Positions 7,411 to 16,943 are shown, counted from the stretch's first letter. The stretch is 64,000 bases of DNA from Thermoleophilia bacterium (GCA_009694305.1 SHVL01000003.1:1508-65507), one strand, 5' to 3'. Notes: generated by a model not told the origin, from the sequence alone. Translations and numbers: made by a program.

Positions 7411-8109
7411 CTAGACGAGCGCGAACGTGACGGTGATCGCCGCCCTCGTCTCCTGCGTTCCCGGCTCGACCGGGGTGCCGATGTCGGAGACGGCCGACTT
7501 CTCGTACATCGGTACGGGAGCGGAGCCGCCGCCCTCGATCACCGACGTTACCCTGCCGAGCGACCGGCCCGACGCGGTGGCGAGGACTTCAGCGGACTCA
7601 CGTGCGTCCGCGACAGCTTCCTTCAGGGCCTCGCGGTAGAGCTTCCCCTGGTCGGCAAAGCCGAGAGTGGGGCCATTCACCTGGTTGGCACCCGCCTCGA
7701 CAGCGGCGTCGATCACCGCGCCTACCCGGTCGAGATCGATCGTTGCCGAGACGGTGTTCGACGCGGCGAATCCCGCGGGCTCGTTGTTCGGGCCGAGCAC
7801 CTGCGAAAGCGACACCGACTGTGTGGCTACGCGCCTGCCGCCTGCTGCCTTGACTGCAACGATCACGAGTCGCATCTCGCGTGCGTTAGCCGCGAGCGCC
7901 GTGCGGGCCGTCGCGGCTCGGGAGTCCACGCCGAACGAGAACACGGCAGTCGTCGGTACAACCGACACGGAGCCGTTGCCGGCGACGGTGATCGAGTCTC
8001 CTGCTTGCGGCGCACCGTCCACGGCGTGCGCGCCCTCGGGACGGGCAACGCCGCCAATGGCAGCAACGAGAACAACGAGCAGGACGGCGGCAAGGGCAAG
8101 GCGTTTCAT
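7411..8109 (-). CDS. SIMPL/DUF541-family secreted protein
   Basis: It has a signal-like N-terminus (MKRLALAAVLLVVLVAAIGG). The overall pattern (ITVAGNGSVSVVP..., GPTLGFADQGKLYREALKEAVADARESAEVLA) matches what I recall of the 26-kDa periplasmic immunogenic protein family. Confidence 0.7.
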   Translation of the reverse strand: MKRLALAAVLLVVLVAAIGGVARPEGAHAVDGAPQAGDSITVAGNGSVSVVPTTAVFSFGVDSRAATARTALAANAREMRLVIVAVKAAGGRRVATQSVSLSQVLGPNNEPAGFAASNTVSATIDLDRVGAVIDAAVEAGANQVNGPTLGFADQGKLYREALKEAVADARESAEVLATASGRSLGRVTSVIEGGGSAPVPMYEKSAVSDIGTPVEPGTQETRAAITVTFALV

Positions 8110-8504
8110 TATTCTCCTTCAGATATCGTGGTGGTGGCGGTGTCCACACAGTCAGGCGTTTCCGGGGCGCACGCGCCGAGCAACGTCGGGGGCTCGGTTC
8201 CCGTTTCGGGTTCCACGGGTTTGCCCTCGCTCTGTGTGGGCGTCTCGGGTGTGTCGTCGCAGTTGGTTCCGACCAGGCAACTGTCTGCGGCCCCCCCTCC
8301 CTGCGCGTCAGGATCGCCGGTCACGTCTCCGTCCTGCCCGCCGATCCGGGCGAGGCAGTTCGGGTCGTCGGCACGGCACTTGAGTAGGCCGATGGGCGGT
8401 ACTCCGGCCTTCGGTGTGTCGTCGTCTCCTGTGGTCGCTGCGTAGGCTCCGAAGCCTGCCGCGATGGCGATCACGAGGATCGCTCCGAGAGCTACACGTT
8501 TCAT
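8109..8504 (-). CDS. Small secreted Cys/Asp/Thr-rich protein, unknown function
   Basis: I chose the start at MKRVALGAILVIAIAAGFGAYA (signal/TM). The mature part has 6 Cys and acidic low-complexity sequence. Its stop abuts the downstream SIMPL gene start. Confidence 0.45.
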   Translation of the reverse strand: MKRVALGAILVIAIAAGFGAYAATTGDDDTPKAGVPPIGLLKCRADDPNCLARIGGQDGDVTGDPDAQGGGAADSCLVGTNCDDTPETPTQSEGKPVEPETGTEPPTLLGACAPETPDCVDTATTTISEGE

Positions 8505-8651
8505 GGATCTCCGCTGGCTGTCAGGAGTGCCCATGTCCCTTCTACGCCGCTGCCCCCGGCCCACGTCACAGCCGCCCGCACCGCAGGGCACAGACCTCGC
8601 AAGAAGGGTGCGAGCCGGCCTTTGCAGGCCCGCTGGCGGGCCTCTTCAGGA

Positions 8652-9887
8652 TTACGTGAAGCGTGCCCGCGCCTCGGCGAGTGCGTTGCGCACGCCACCG
8701 GGGCCGGGTGCACCTCGTGCGGCGATGCTCTCTGCAGCCGTCCCGGTCGGGACGAACGAGCCGTCACGCACACGCGCAGCGACCTGCTCGTGGGCCTCAC
8801 GGAACGGGACTTCTTCGCGGACGAGTGCTTCGGCGGCATCCGTCGCGAGCACGAGCGGGTCGGACGCAGCGAGGGCCATCCGCTCTCGATCGACCTCGAG
8901 GCCGGCAGTCAAGGCGGCGAGGGCCTGCAGTCCTAGGCGCGTGTCGAGGCGTGCGGCAAACACGGGGGCCTTGTCCTCCTGCAGATCGCGGTCATAGGCA
9001 AGGGGGAGGCCCTTCACCGTGGCGAGCAGACCGGTCAGCCTGCCGATCGCCGTTCCGGCCTTGCCGCGCGCGAGCTCGGCGACATCGGGATTCAGCTTCT
9101 GCGGCATCATCGACGAGCCCGTCGCCGCGTTCTCGGGCAGCTTCACGAAGCCGAACTCAGCGGACGACCAGAGCACGATCTCCTCGCCGACCCGAGACAG
9201 GTGCGTGTACAGGACAGCCACCGCGTACAGGTAATCGAGCGCGAAGTCGCGGTCGGCAACGGCGTCGATCGAGTTCCGCATCTGGCCGGGTGCACCGGGC
9301 AGGCCGAGCGTCGAACCGGCGAGCGCGCCCGCACCGAGAGGGCTCTCGGCGGCAGCGGTGGCGGCGGAGGCAAAGCGCGAGCGGTCGCGGTCGAGCATCT
9401 CGACCCAGGCGAGGAGATGGTGGCCGAGCGTGACCGGTTGACCGCGCTGGAGATGGGTGTACCCCGGTAGGAGCGTGTCGGCCTCGGCCTCTGCGACGGA
9501 GAGCACGACCAGGGCGAACGCGCCGATCTCCTTGCTCGCCTCGGCACACGCGTCGAGCACGTAGAGCCGAAACGCCGCCGCGACCTGGTCGTTGCGTGAC
9601 CTGCCGGCATGGATCTTGCGCCCGAGGTCACCGAGCTGCCGCTCGATTGCGCTGTGCACGTCTTCGTCCTCGGCGAGATATCCAGCCGGGTCATGGGCGA
9701 TCTCGGCGAGTCGCGTTCGTGCATCGGCAAGCTCCGTGTCCGAGAGAAGTCCCGCACCGTGAAGCCGTTGCGCGTGCTGGACGCTTGCTTCGCAGTCGTA
9801 CGGGAGCAGCTCTGCATCCTCGGCATGTAGGAACGCCCATACCGCGGGATCGAGGGAGCCGCCGACGCGGCCAGACCAGAGCGTCAT
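8652..9887 (-). CDS. argH: Argininosuccinate lyase
   Basis: It has the fumarate-lyase signature GSSMMPQKLNPD plus SRNDQV and TLLPGYTHLQRGQPVT. At 411 aa it is on the short side. Confidence 0.9.
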   Translation of the reverse strand: MTLWSGRVGGSLDPAVWAFLHAEDAELLPYDCEASVQHAQRLHGAGLLSDTELADARTRLAEIAHDPAGYLAEDEDVHSAIERQLGDLGRKIHAGRSRNDQVAAAFRLYVLDACAEASKEIGAFALVVLSVAEAEADTLLPGYTHLQRGQPVTLGHHLLAWVEMLDRDRSRFASAATAAAESPLGAGALAGSTLGLPGAPGQMRNSIDAVADRDFALDYLYAVAVLYTHLSRVGEEIVLWSSAEFGFVKLPENAATGSSMMPQKLNPDVAELARGKAGTAIGRLTGLLATVKGLPLAYDRDLQEDKAPVFAARLDTRLGLQALAALTAGLEVDRERMALAASDPLVLATDAAEALVREEVPFREAHEQVAARVRDGSFVPTGTAAESIAARGAPGPGGVRNALAEARARFT

Positions 9888-10354
9888 TCTGTCTCTCCGT
9901 CGGCGAGATACGCAGCGAGAGCTGCCTCCAGCTCGTGGGCTGTTGTCCCGTCCCTTGCTGCAACGAAGATCGTGTTGTCGCCTGCAAGCGTGCCGGCGAT
10001 GGAGGGATGACCGCCTTCGTCGATCGACTGCGCGAGGGCGCTCGCGTAGCCGGAGGGGGTCGTGACGATCACGAGACCACCGGTTGCCGCCTCGACGCCC
10101 GTGGCGTATCGCCGCATCGCGACACCGATTGCGCGGAGCCGGTCGAGGTCGCTGCTGCCGGATGTCGCGTAGACGAGCCTGCCGCTCGGAGCACGCACCT
10201 TGACGAGCCCCATCTCGGCGATATCGCGGGAAACACTCGTCTGCACGACGTCGTGCCCCTCGTCCCGCAGGGCCTGGACGAGCTCGGCCTGAGTGGAGAT
10301 CGCTCCGTCACGGACGAGCCGGAGGATCGCTGCCTGGCGGTCGCGGCGGTTCAC
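9884..10354 (-). CDS. argR: Arginine repressor
   Basis: The winged-helix N-terminus reads RQAAILRLVRDGAISTQAELVQALRDEGHDVVQTSVSRDIAEMGLVK. The C-terminal oligomerisation domain contains GTLAGDNTIFV. The GTG start overlaps the argD stop (GTGA). The 512-aa track ORF is a GC artefact. Confidence 0.85.
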   Translation of the reverse strand: MNRRDRQAAILRLVRDGAISTQAELVQALRDEGHDVVQTSVSRDIAEMGLVKVRAPSGRLVYATSGSSDLDRLRAIGVAMRRYATGVEAATGGLVIVTTPSGYASALAQSIDEGGHPSIAGTLAGDNTIFVAARDGTTAHELEAALAAYLADGETE

Positions 10355-11526
10355 GAGGCGAGCACGCCTTCGATGATCCGGAGTGCCTGCGCAACCTCGT
10401 CCGCGCTGACGACGAGTGGCGGAGTCAGACGCAGCACGTCCGGGCCCGCCGAGAGAACGAGCAGCCCCTGGCCACGACAGGCATCGACGACCGGGCCGAC
10501 GGGCCGGTCGAGCTCTGCGCCGAGGAGCAGGCCGCGACCTCGCACCGAGCGCACACCGGGCAGCACCTCGAGGCCGGTGGCGAGTTGCGTGCCGCGCTCC
10601 GTAACCTGTGCGAGTAGATCGCCGTCGATCGCCTCGACGACCGCGCACGCTGCGGCAGCGACGACGGGGTTGCCGCCAAACGTCGAGCCGTGATCGCCGG
10701 GCACGAACCCCGGGGCGGCCCGCTCGCCTGCGAGAAGTGCTCCCATCGGCAGGCCGTTGGCAAGACCCTTCGCGAGGGTCACGAGATCGGGGCGGATCCC
10801 GAGTGGCTCGTAGGCGAAGAACGTCCCCGTGCGTCCCATCCCTGCCTGCACCTCGTCGAGACAGAGGAGCGCCCCGACCTCGAGCGCAAGCTCGGACGCG
10901 GCCTGTGCGAAGGCGGGCTCGAGCGGGATCACACCACCTTCTCCGAGAATGGGCTCGAGAAGGAGCAGCGCCGTGTCGGACGCAGGTGCGAGGGCGGCCT
11001 CGAGGGACTCGATGTCGTTTGGCCGGGCGAAGGAGACTCCGGGGACGAGCGGCCCGAACCCCTCCCACTTCGAGGGCTGTCCCGTGGCCGAGAGCGCGCC
11101 GAGCGTCCGCCCGTGGAAGCCGCCGTCGAGCGCCACGATCCGCGTCCTGCCCGTGGCCTTGCGGGCAATCTTGATCGCCGCCTCGTTTGCCTCGGCACCG
11201 GAGTTGCAGAAGAACGCCTTCCCGCCCTCGAACCGCTCCCCGAGAAGTGTCGCGAGTCGGAGCATCGGCTCCGTCCAGTACAGGTTCGATGCGTGCCAGA
11301 GTCGGTCGAGTTGCTCCCGCGCCGCCGCGAGCGGCCCCGGCGCACAATGGCCTAGACCAACAACGGCGATCCCTGCGACGAAATCGAGATAGGCGCGACC
11401 CGTGTCGTCCCACACCTGGCATCCTTCCCCGCGCACGACGGTGATGTCGGCTCGCGCGTAGGTCGGAAGCACCGACGCGCGCGCTGCTGACAACGACTCC
11501 GGGGCGGAGATATGAAGGGGTGTCAT
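10351..11526 (-). CDS. argD: Acetylornithine aminotransferase
   Basis: This is a class-III aminotransferase with motifs FCNSGAEANEAAIK, LDEVQAGMGRTG and TLAKGLANGLP. It sits within the arg operon. Confidence 0.9.
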   Translation of the reverse strand: MTPLHISAPESLSAARASVLPTYARADITVVRGEGCQVWDDTGRAYLDFVAGIAVVGLGHCAPGPLAAAREQLDRLWHASNLYWTEPMLRLATLLGERFEGGKAFFCNSGAEANEAAIKIARKATGRTRIVALDGGFHGRTLGALSATGQPSKWEGFGPLVPGVSFARPNDIESLEAALAPASDTALLLLEPILGEGGVIPLEPAFAQAASELALEVGALLCLDEVQAGMGRTGTFFAYEPLGIRPDLVTLAKGLANGLPMGALLAGERAAPGFVPGDHGSTFGGNPVVAAAACAVVEAIDGDLLAQVTERGTQLATGLEVLPGVRSVRGRGLLLGAELDRPVGPVVDACRGQGLLVLSAGPDVLRLTPPLVVSADEVAQALRIIEGVLAS

Positions 11527-12191
11527 GCGGTCACCTCGGTGGCCCCGATCGCGGCGTGGACGCCACCGCGCGTTGCAATGATCGCCGCCTCGAGCTTCGG
11601 GACGATCCCACCCTCGAACGTTCCGTCGCCGAGCATCCGTTCGGCAGCGTCGGCGTCGAGGTGCTCCACGACCGCGCCGTCGAGCAAGACCCCGGGCACG
11701 TCACTGAGAAAGACGATTCGCTCGGCACCGAGACCAACCGCAAGAGCCGCTGCCGCCTCGTCGGCGTTGACGTTGAGCGGTCCTTCTGCGAGCGCTGCGA
11801 CGACAGGGATGAGCCCGGCGGCGAGGGCCTCCTCGATCGCAGACGGAGCGGAGGGGACGGGTTGACCGACGAGCCCGAGCTCCTCGAGTCGGTGCGCCTG
11901 CAGCCCGATCTCGTCGCCAAAGAGCGACACCGCAGCGGGGCCGATCGCGGCACAGACCTCGCTGTTCACCTCTGCGAACGCGAGACGGACGACATCGAGC
12001 ACCTCTGTGGTCGTCACGCGCCGCCCGTGGACGAAGGTGGGGGTGATCCCCCGGCGCTCCATCTCGGCGGTGATCTGCGGTCCCGCTCCGTGAACGACGA
12101 CGACGTCGTGGCCGGCCGCCCGCAACGCGAACGCCTCGGTCGCGGCGGTCGCGGCAACCCTGCCACCGAGCTTCAGCACGATTCTGCTCAT
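11523..12191 (-). CDS. argB: Acetylglutamate kinase (short form, 222 aa)
   Basis: It has amino-acid kinase motifs (VLKLGG, VVVHGAGPQI, NVNADEAAAALA) and lies between argJ and argD with ATGA overlaps. Confidence 0.8.
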   Translation of the reverse strand: MSRIVLKLGGRVAATAATEAFALRAAGHDVVVVHGAGPQITAEMERRGITPTFVHGRRVTTTEVLDVVRLAFAEVNSEVCAAIGPAAVSLFGDEIGLQAHRLEELGLVGQPVPSAPSAIEEALAAGLIPVVAALAEGPLNVNADEAAAALAVGLGAERIVFLSDVPGVLLDGAVVEHLDADAAERMLGDGTFEGGIVPKLEAAIIATRGGVHAAIGATEVTA

Positions 12192-13345
12192 GTCGTGTAC
12201 TCGGCGTTGATACGCACGTAGTCGTAGGTGAGATCGGATGCGAGGTATCCGGCAGCGCCGTCGCCGAGCCCGAGATCCAGATCGATCCGGCAGACGGTCC
12301 CCGAGGAGTCCGGCACCGCTCCGGTCGGCGCGCCGGCGGCGAACACCGCGACACCACCGAAGGCGACTGTGAGCCGCCCGGTCTCGAGACGAGCGAACCC
12401 GTCGTCATAGGGGGCTGAACCCGCGGCAGCGAGGACCCGTCCCCAGTTGGGATCGTGGCCGAAAGCTGCAGTCTTGACGAGGGGGGATGTCGCGATCCGC
12501 CGGGCAATCGCCTCGGCCTCGGCCCCCGACGCGGCCCCGGTGACGCCGATCTCGAGCACGACCGTGGCGCCTTCGCCGTCGGCGACGATCTGCCGGGCGA
12601 GGTCGGTGCAGACCTCACCGAGTGCGTCGGCGAACACCGCGTCGTCGCGTGCGGCCGCGCTCGCGCCGTTTGCGAGCAGCACGACCGCGTCGTTTGTCGA
12701 GCAGTCTCCGTCCACGGAGATCCGGTTGAATGTCTGCGCGACAGCCGGCCGGAGGAACACGCCGGCCTCGCCGGCCGCGAGTGGATAGTCGGTGGTGATC
12801 ACGACGAGCATCGTCGCAAGCCGGGGGTGGATCATTCCTGCACCCTTCGCCATCCCGCCCACCGTGAAGCCGCCCGAGGCGACAACTGCGACCTTGGGGC
12901 CGGAGTCCGTGGTCAGGATTGCGCTTGCAGCAGCAGCGCCACCGTCGGGTGAGAGTTGAGCGGCGGCGGCGCGACCCCCTGCGAGCACCTTGTCCACCGG
13001 AAGGCGCACGCCGATCACGCCGGTGGAGAGCACGAGGATCTCCTCGGTCTCGAGTCCGAGCTCCTGCGCGAGGGCCTCTGCCGACGCGACCGCATCCGCT
13101 TCACCCTGGTCGCCGGTGGCGGCATTTGCGACGCCCGCGTTGATCAACACCGCCTGCGGCTCCGCGACCGCAAGATGCCGCTTCGAGACCGTCACCGGAG
13201 CCGCCTCGACACGGTTCGTCGTCCACAGCGCGGCACCCACCGCCCGGGGCAGGGATCGCACCACCGCAACGTCGGGCTTCCCGGAGGGACGGATCCCCGC
13301 GGTCACGCCACTCGCCACGAACCCCTGTGCCGCCGTGACCGACAT
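12188..13345 (-). CDS. argJ: Bifunctional ornithine acetyltransferase / N-acetylglutamate synthase
   Basis: It carries the autoprocessing-site context MIHPRLATMLVVITTD and the typical ArgJ C-terminus YVRINAEYTT. Confidence 0.9.
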   Translation of the reverse strand: MSVTAAQGFVASGVTAGIRPSGKPDVAVVRSLPRAVGAALWTTNRVEAAPVTVSKRHLAVAEPQAVLINAGVANAATGDQGEADAVASAEALAQELGLETEEILVLSTGVIGVRLPVDKVLAGGRAAAAQLSPDGGAAAASAILTTDSGPKVAVVASGGFTVGGMAKGAGMIHPRLATMLVVITTDYPLAAGEAGVFLRPAVAQTFNRISVDGDCSTNDAVVLLANGASAAARDDAVFADALGEVCTDLARQIVADGEGATVVLEIGVTGAASGAEAEAIARRIATSPLVKTAAFGHDPNWGRVLAAAGSAPYDDGFARLETGRLTVAFGGVAVFAAGAPTGAVPDSSGTVCRIDLDLGLGDGAAGYLASDLTYDYVRINAEYTT

Positions 13346-13371
13346 CTACCGCTCCCTGTTTGACCGGTTCA

Positions 13372-14355
13372 TCAGACGAGGACACCGGCGAGCCTGAGCC
13401 CGGTCGTGTCGGCGAAACCGAGGGCGCGATTGACGTTCTGGATCGCCTGCCCCGCTGCGCCCTTGCCGAGATTGTCCTCGGCGCAGATGACGATCGTCCG
13501 ATCGGTGAACCGGTCGGGAAAGATGCCGATCTCGGCCCTGTCGGTTGACTGGACGCGCGCGAGGTCGGGCGCGATTCCCTCCGGCAGCACCGTAACGACG
13601 GCGCTCGACGCGTAGGCGTCCTCGAGCAACGACCGCAGGCCGGGGCCGGTTGAGCGGACGTTGCACGTGGCGATCAACCCGCGCCGGACGGGGAGGAGAT
13701 GCGGTGTGAACGAGACGGGGAAGCCGAGCAACTGCGCGATCTCCGGCACGTGCTGGTGGTTGCCGATGCGGTACGGCGAGACGTTCTCGAGCACCGAGCC
13801 GGCGTGGGAGGAGGCTTTCAGGGTGCGTCCTGCGCCCGTCATCCCGGACAGGCCGGTGACGACGACGGAGTCGGGTTCGATCGCTTTGGCGAGCGGAGCC
13901 AGGGCAAGAAGCGTCGCCGTCGCATAGCAGCCGGGGTTTGCGATCAGGCGGCCGGCCGCCGGCACGAGCTCGGGCAGGCCATAGGCCCAGTCGCCGAGTT
14001 CGTCGGGATGAGGATGTGTGAATCCGTACCAGGTGGCGTAGCTCGCAGCGTCCCTCAGACGGTGTGCGCCCGAGAGATCGACGACCACGCCGGCCGGCGG
14101 AACGGCAATCGCAGCGGCAGCCTCGTGTGAGAGGCAGATGACCGTGACGTCGGCTTCGTGGCGGAGAGCCGCATCGTTCGAGACGAACGGGGGCACCGCG
14201 GTCTGCGCGAGACGTGGGTCGAGTGCGCTCGCGGGCTGCCCGGCCAGCGAGTCGGAGCCGACCGCAACGAGGTCGAGCTCGGGGTGCCCGAGAACGCGGT
14301 CGAGCGTCTCCTGTCCGGTGTAGCCGGCCGCACCGGCGATGCTGACACTCTTCAT
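13372..14355 (-). CDS. argC: N-acetyl-gamma-glutamyl-phosphate reductase
   Basis: Motifs include SIAGAAGYTGQE and NPGCYATA (active-site Cys). I preferred the start at 14355 (MKSVSIAG) because the 20 upstream codons are AT-rich at the third position, unlike the rest of the genome. Confidence 0.85.
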   Translation of the reverse strand: MKSVSIAGAAGYTGQETLDRVLGHPELDLVAVGSDSLAGQPASALDPRLAQTAVPPFVSNDAALRHEADVTVICLSHEAAAAIAVPPAGVVVDLSGAHRLRDAASYATWYGFTHPHPDELGDWAYGLPELVPAAGRLIANPGCYATATLLALAPLAKAIEPDSVVVTGLSGMTGAGRTLKASSHAGSVLENVSPYRIGNHQHVPEIAQLLGFPVSFTPHLLPVRRGLIATCNVRSTGPGLRSLLEDAYASSAVVTVLPEGIAPDLARVQSTDRAEIGIFPDRFTDRTIVICAEDNLGKGAAGQAIQNVNRALGFADTTGLRLAGVLV

Positions 14356-14356
14356 A

Positions 14357-14392
14357 ACTGCATAGTATGCACTAGAATAAGCTTCTATGCAG
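14357..14392. promoter_or_regulatory. Putative ArgR operator (ARG-box-like palindromes) overlapping the argC promoter
   Basis: This is an AT-rich island. It contains TGCATAGTATGCA (14359-14371, perfect 6-1-6 palindrome), TAGAA-TAAGC-TTCTA, and a second TATGCA (14386-14391). A minus-strand TACTAT lies 6 nt before the argC ATG and no SD is present. Confidence 0.5.
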
Positions 14393-14673
14393 GGAGAAGA
14401 TGTGAGCGGCGTCACTTCCTGCTTGCAGCCTCAGCCGATTTCAGGCATCATTCGGAGCCGATGCTTTGCCTCGCCGTACCCGCGCCCGACAGCGATCCGC
14501 GACCTGCGGTATCCCGCGGCGTAGGCATCGAGCTCATCGACATTCTCCCGCGCTAGGGAGAGGTCGCTCGCGCACAGATCGCAAACCGGTGCAGCGGGCG
14601 ACGAGGACAGGGCCGTTCGCCTACCCCGGCGAACAGAGGAGGGACGGAGCACCGTGAGACTGAAGGACAGCAG

Positions 14674-16392
14674 ATGAAAATGAATGGAGCCGACGCGATT
14701 CTCCGCTCACTCGAGGCCGAAGGCGTCGAGGTGATGTTCGGGATTCCCGGAGGGGCGATCATGCCTACCTACGACGCGATGGCACGCGGAACGACCGTCC
14801 GCCACGTTCTCGCCCGTCACGAGCAGGGCGCGGGGCACATGGCGCAGGGGTATGCGCGAGCGTCCGGCAAGGTCGGGGTGGCGATTGCGACCTCCGGCCC
14901 CGGCGCCACGAATCTCGTCACACCGATTGCAGACGCCTGGGTGGACTCGACCCCGCTCGTGTGCATCACCGGGCAGGTTCGCACCACGCTGATCGGCACC
15001 GACGCCTTCCAGGAATGCGACATCGTCGGAATTACGATGCCGGTCGTGAAGCACTCCTGGCTCGTCCTGGACGTGAACGAGATCCCGGCCGTGATGAAGG
15101 CGGCGTTCCACGTAGCGCGTACCGGCCGCTGCGGGCCCGTTCTCGTGGACGTGCCCCGGGACATCCAGGAGGCGGAGCTCGACTTCAGCTATCCCGAGAC
15201 CGTTGACCTGCCCGGCTGGCGTCCGCCGCACAAAGTGCACCCTCTGCAGATCCGCAATGCCGCCGACCGGATAGCCCGGGCCGAGAAGCCGGTGCTGTAC
15301 GTGGGTGGCGGCACGATCAACGGTGACGCGTGTGACGCGGTACGCGAGCTGGCCGAGGTCGGGGGCCTCCCCGTGATCACGACCCTCATGGGCAAGGGCG
15401 CGTTCCCCGAGACGCACCCGCTGTTCTTCGGGTGGCCCGGCATGCACGGTACGAAGTGGTCGAACATTGCGATGAACACCTGCGATGTGCTCGTTGCGGT
15501 CGGCTCCCGTTTCGACGACCGCGTGACCGGCAAGCTCTCGGCGTTCGCGCCCGGGGCCACCGTCGTCCACCTCGACATCGACCCGGCCGAGATCTCGAAG
15601 CTGCGCGATGCGGACATTCCTGTGGTCGGGCCGCTGAAGCTCGCGGTCGCAGAGCTCGCAACCGCGGTCGCCGCGCACCGCGACGCAGGCATCCCCGCAC
15701 CCGAGGCCTGGGTGCACAGGCTCGAGGAGCTGCGAGCCGAGTTCCCTCTTCGCTACGGCTCGGGCGGCGACTGGCTCAAGCCGCAGAAGGTGATGGAGAC
15801 GCTGCAGGAGTTGACGGCAGGCGAAGACGTCATCTTCACGACCGGCGTCGGTCAGCATCAGATGTGGGCGATGCAATATCTCCTCACCGAGCGCCCTCGC
15901 AACTTCATCACCTCGGGTGGGCTCGGGACGATGGGGTACGGCATCCCGGCAGCCGTCGGCGCGAAGGCCGCCCGGCCGGAGGCGACGGTCATCTGTGTGG
16001 ACGGCGACGGCTGCTTCCAGATGACAGCGCAGGAGCTCGTGACCGCGGTGCTCGACGATCTCCCGATCATCGTCGTCCTCGTGAACAACGGCTTTCTGGG
16101 AATGGTCACGCAGTGGCAGGACATGTTCTTCGACGGCCGCCGGTCGCACGTCGGCCTCGGTGCCGAGGTCCCCGACTACGTCAAGCTTGCGGAGGCCTAC
16201 GGCGGGGTCGGGATACTCGTGCAGACCGAGGCAGAGGTCGAGCCTGCCCTTCGGGCAGCCCTGGCACTCGGGCGCACCGTGGTGATCGACTGTCGCGTGG
16301 ATCCCTCGGAACATTGCTTCCCGATGATTCCTGCAGGTGCTGCGGCGATCGACATGGTCGAGTACGCGGACCCGGCCGAGGCGACGCCGTGA
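14674..16392 (+). CDS. ilvB: Acetolactate synthase large subunit
   Basis: It is a ThDP enzyme with motifs GIPGGAI, GPGATN and GLGTMGYGIPAAVGA. A small-subunit gene follows. Confidence 0.92.
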   Translation: MKMNGADAILRSLEAEGVEVMFGIPGGAIMPTYDAMARGTTVRHVLARHEQGAGHMAQGYARASGKVGVAIATSGPGATNLVTPIADAWVDSTPLVCITGQVRTTLIGTDAFQECDIVGITMPVVKHSWLVLDVNEIPAVMKAAFHVARTGRCGPVLVDVPRDIQEAELDFSYPETVDLPGWRPPHKVHPLQIRNAADRIARAEKPVLYVGGGTINGDACDAVRELAEVGGLPVITTLMGKGAFPETHPLFFGWPGMHGTKWSNIAMNTCDVLVAVGSRFDDRVTGKLSAFAPGATVVHLDIDPAEISKLRDADIPVVGPLKLAVAELATAVAAHRDAGIPAPEAWVHRLEELRAEFPLRYGSGGDWLKPQKVMETLQELTAGEDVIFTTGVGQHQMWAMQYLLTERPRNFITSGGLGTMGYGIPAAVGAKAARPEATVICVDGDGCFQMTAQELVTAVLDDLPIIVVLVNNGFLGMVTQWQDMFFDGRRSHVGLGAEVPDYVKLAEAYGGVGILVQTEAEVEPALRAALALGRTVVIDCRVDPSEHCFPMIPAGAAAIDMVEYADPAEATP

Positions 16393-16898
16393 GGCACACC
16401 ATCTCGGTTCTCGTCGAGGACAAGCCGGGCGCACTCGCGCGGATCGCGACGATGATTGCCCGCCGCGGGTTCAACATCGAGTCGCTCGCCGTCGGCCCGA
16501 CCGAGCGCGAGGGCGTGTCCTGCATCACGCTCCGTGTGGACTGTGAGCGCCACTCCCGTGAGCAGATCGAGAAGCAGATCCACAAGCTCGTCAACGTGCT
16601 CCGCGTCACCGAGCTCGCTCCCGGCGAAGCGGTCGAGCGCGAACTGCTCCTGCTCACGGTCAGCGCAGACCCGGAGCGCCGTGCCGAACTGGTCTCGACC
16701 GCCGAGGCCTTCAAGGCGCGCGTCGTAGACCTCGGCCCGGACTCGGTCACCTTCGAGTTGACCGGCACGCCCGAGGAGCTCAACGCCTTCCAGGAGCTTG
16801 CCCGGCCATATGGCATCAAGGAGCTCGTCCGCACGGGGCGTGTCGGGATTGCACGGGCATCCGCGCGGAAAGCCCGCCGGCTCTCGGCGATCAACTGA
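16389..16898 (+). CDS. ilvN: Acetolactate synthase small (regulatory) subunit
   Basis: The ACT domain reads HTISVLVEDKPGALARIATMIARRGFNIESLAVGPTE. The GTG start overlaps the ilvB stop (GTGA). Confidence 0.9.
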   Translation: MRHTISVLVEDKPGALARIATMIARRGFNIESLAVGPTEREGVSCITLRVDCERHSREQIEKQIHKLVNVLRVTELAPGEAVERELLLLTVSADPERRAELVSTAEAFKARVVDLGPDSVTFELTGTPEELNAFQELARPYGIKELVRTGRVGIARASARKARRLSAIN

Positions 16899-16943
16899 CC
16901 ATCAGAACTGCTTTACCGACAACGACGAAGGGACGAACAGGAC

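Noticed and set aside
6055-8445. 796-aa ORF reported as a single reading frame.
   Set aside because: Only the first roughly 165 residues and one internal stretch are Amt-like. The rest is Arg-rich read-through over the frameshifted amt and antisense to two minus-strand genes.
9884-11422. 512-aa minus-strand ORF.
   Set aside because: Only the C-terminal 156 aa is ArgR. The remainder is out-of-frame overlap with argD.
14356-14415. Longer argC start (MTPLTSSPCIEAYSSAYYAV...).
   Set aside because: These codons are AT-rich at the third position, unlike every other gene here, and coincide with the palindromic operator-like region.
14416-14673. ilvB leader: the hairpin GTTCGCC-TACCCC-GGCGAAC as an attenuator, or a branched-chain leader peptide.
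   Set aside because: No U-tract follows the hairpin, and no Ile/Leu/Val-rich small ORF is present.
14707-16434. 575-aa minus-strand ORF antisense to ilvB. Similar long antisense or out-of-frame ORFs occur at 16902-18971, 17842-19119, 3517-5469, 38775-39911, 57849-58844 and 54520-55938.
   Set aside because: The translations are Arg/Pro/Gly-rich with no recognisable motifs. Each lies opposite or out of frame to a gene with clear family signatures. This is typical shadow-ORF behaviour in 70% GC DNA.
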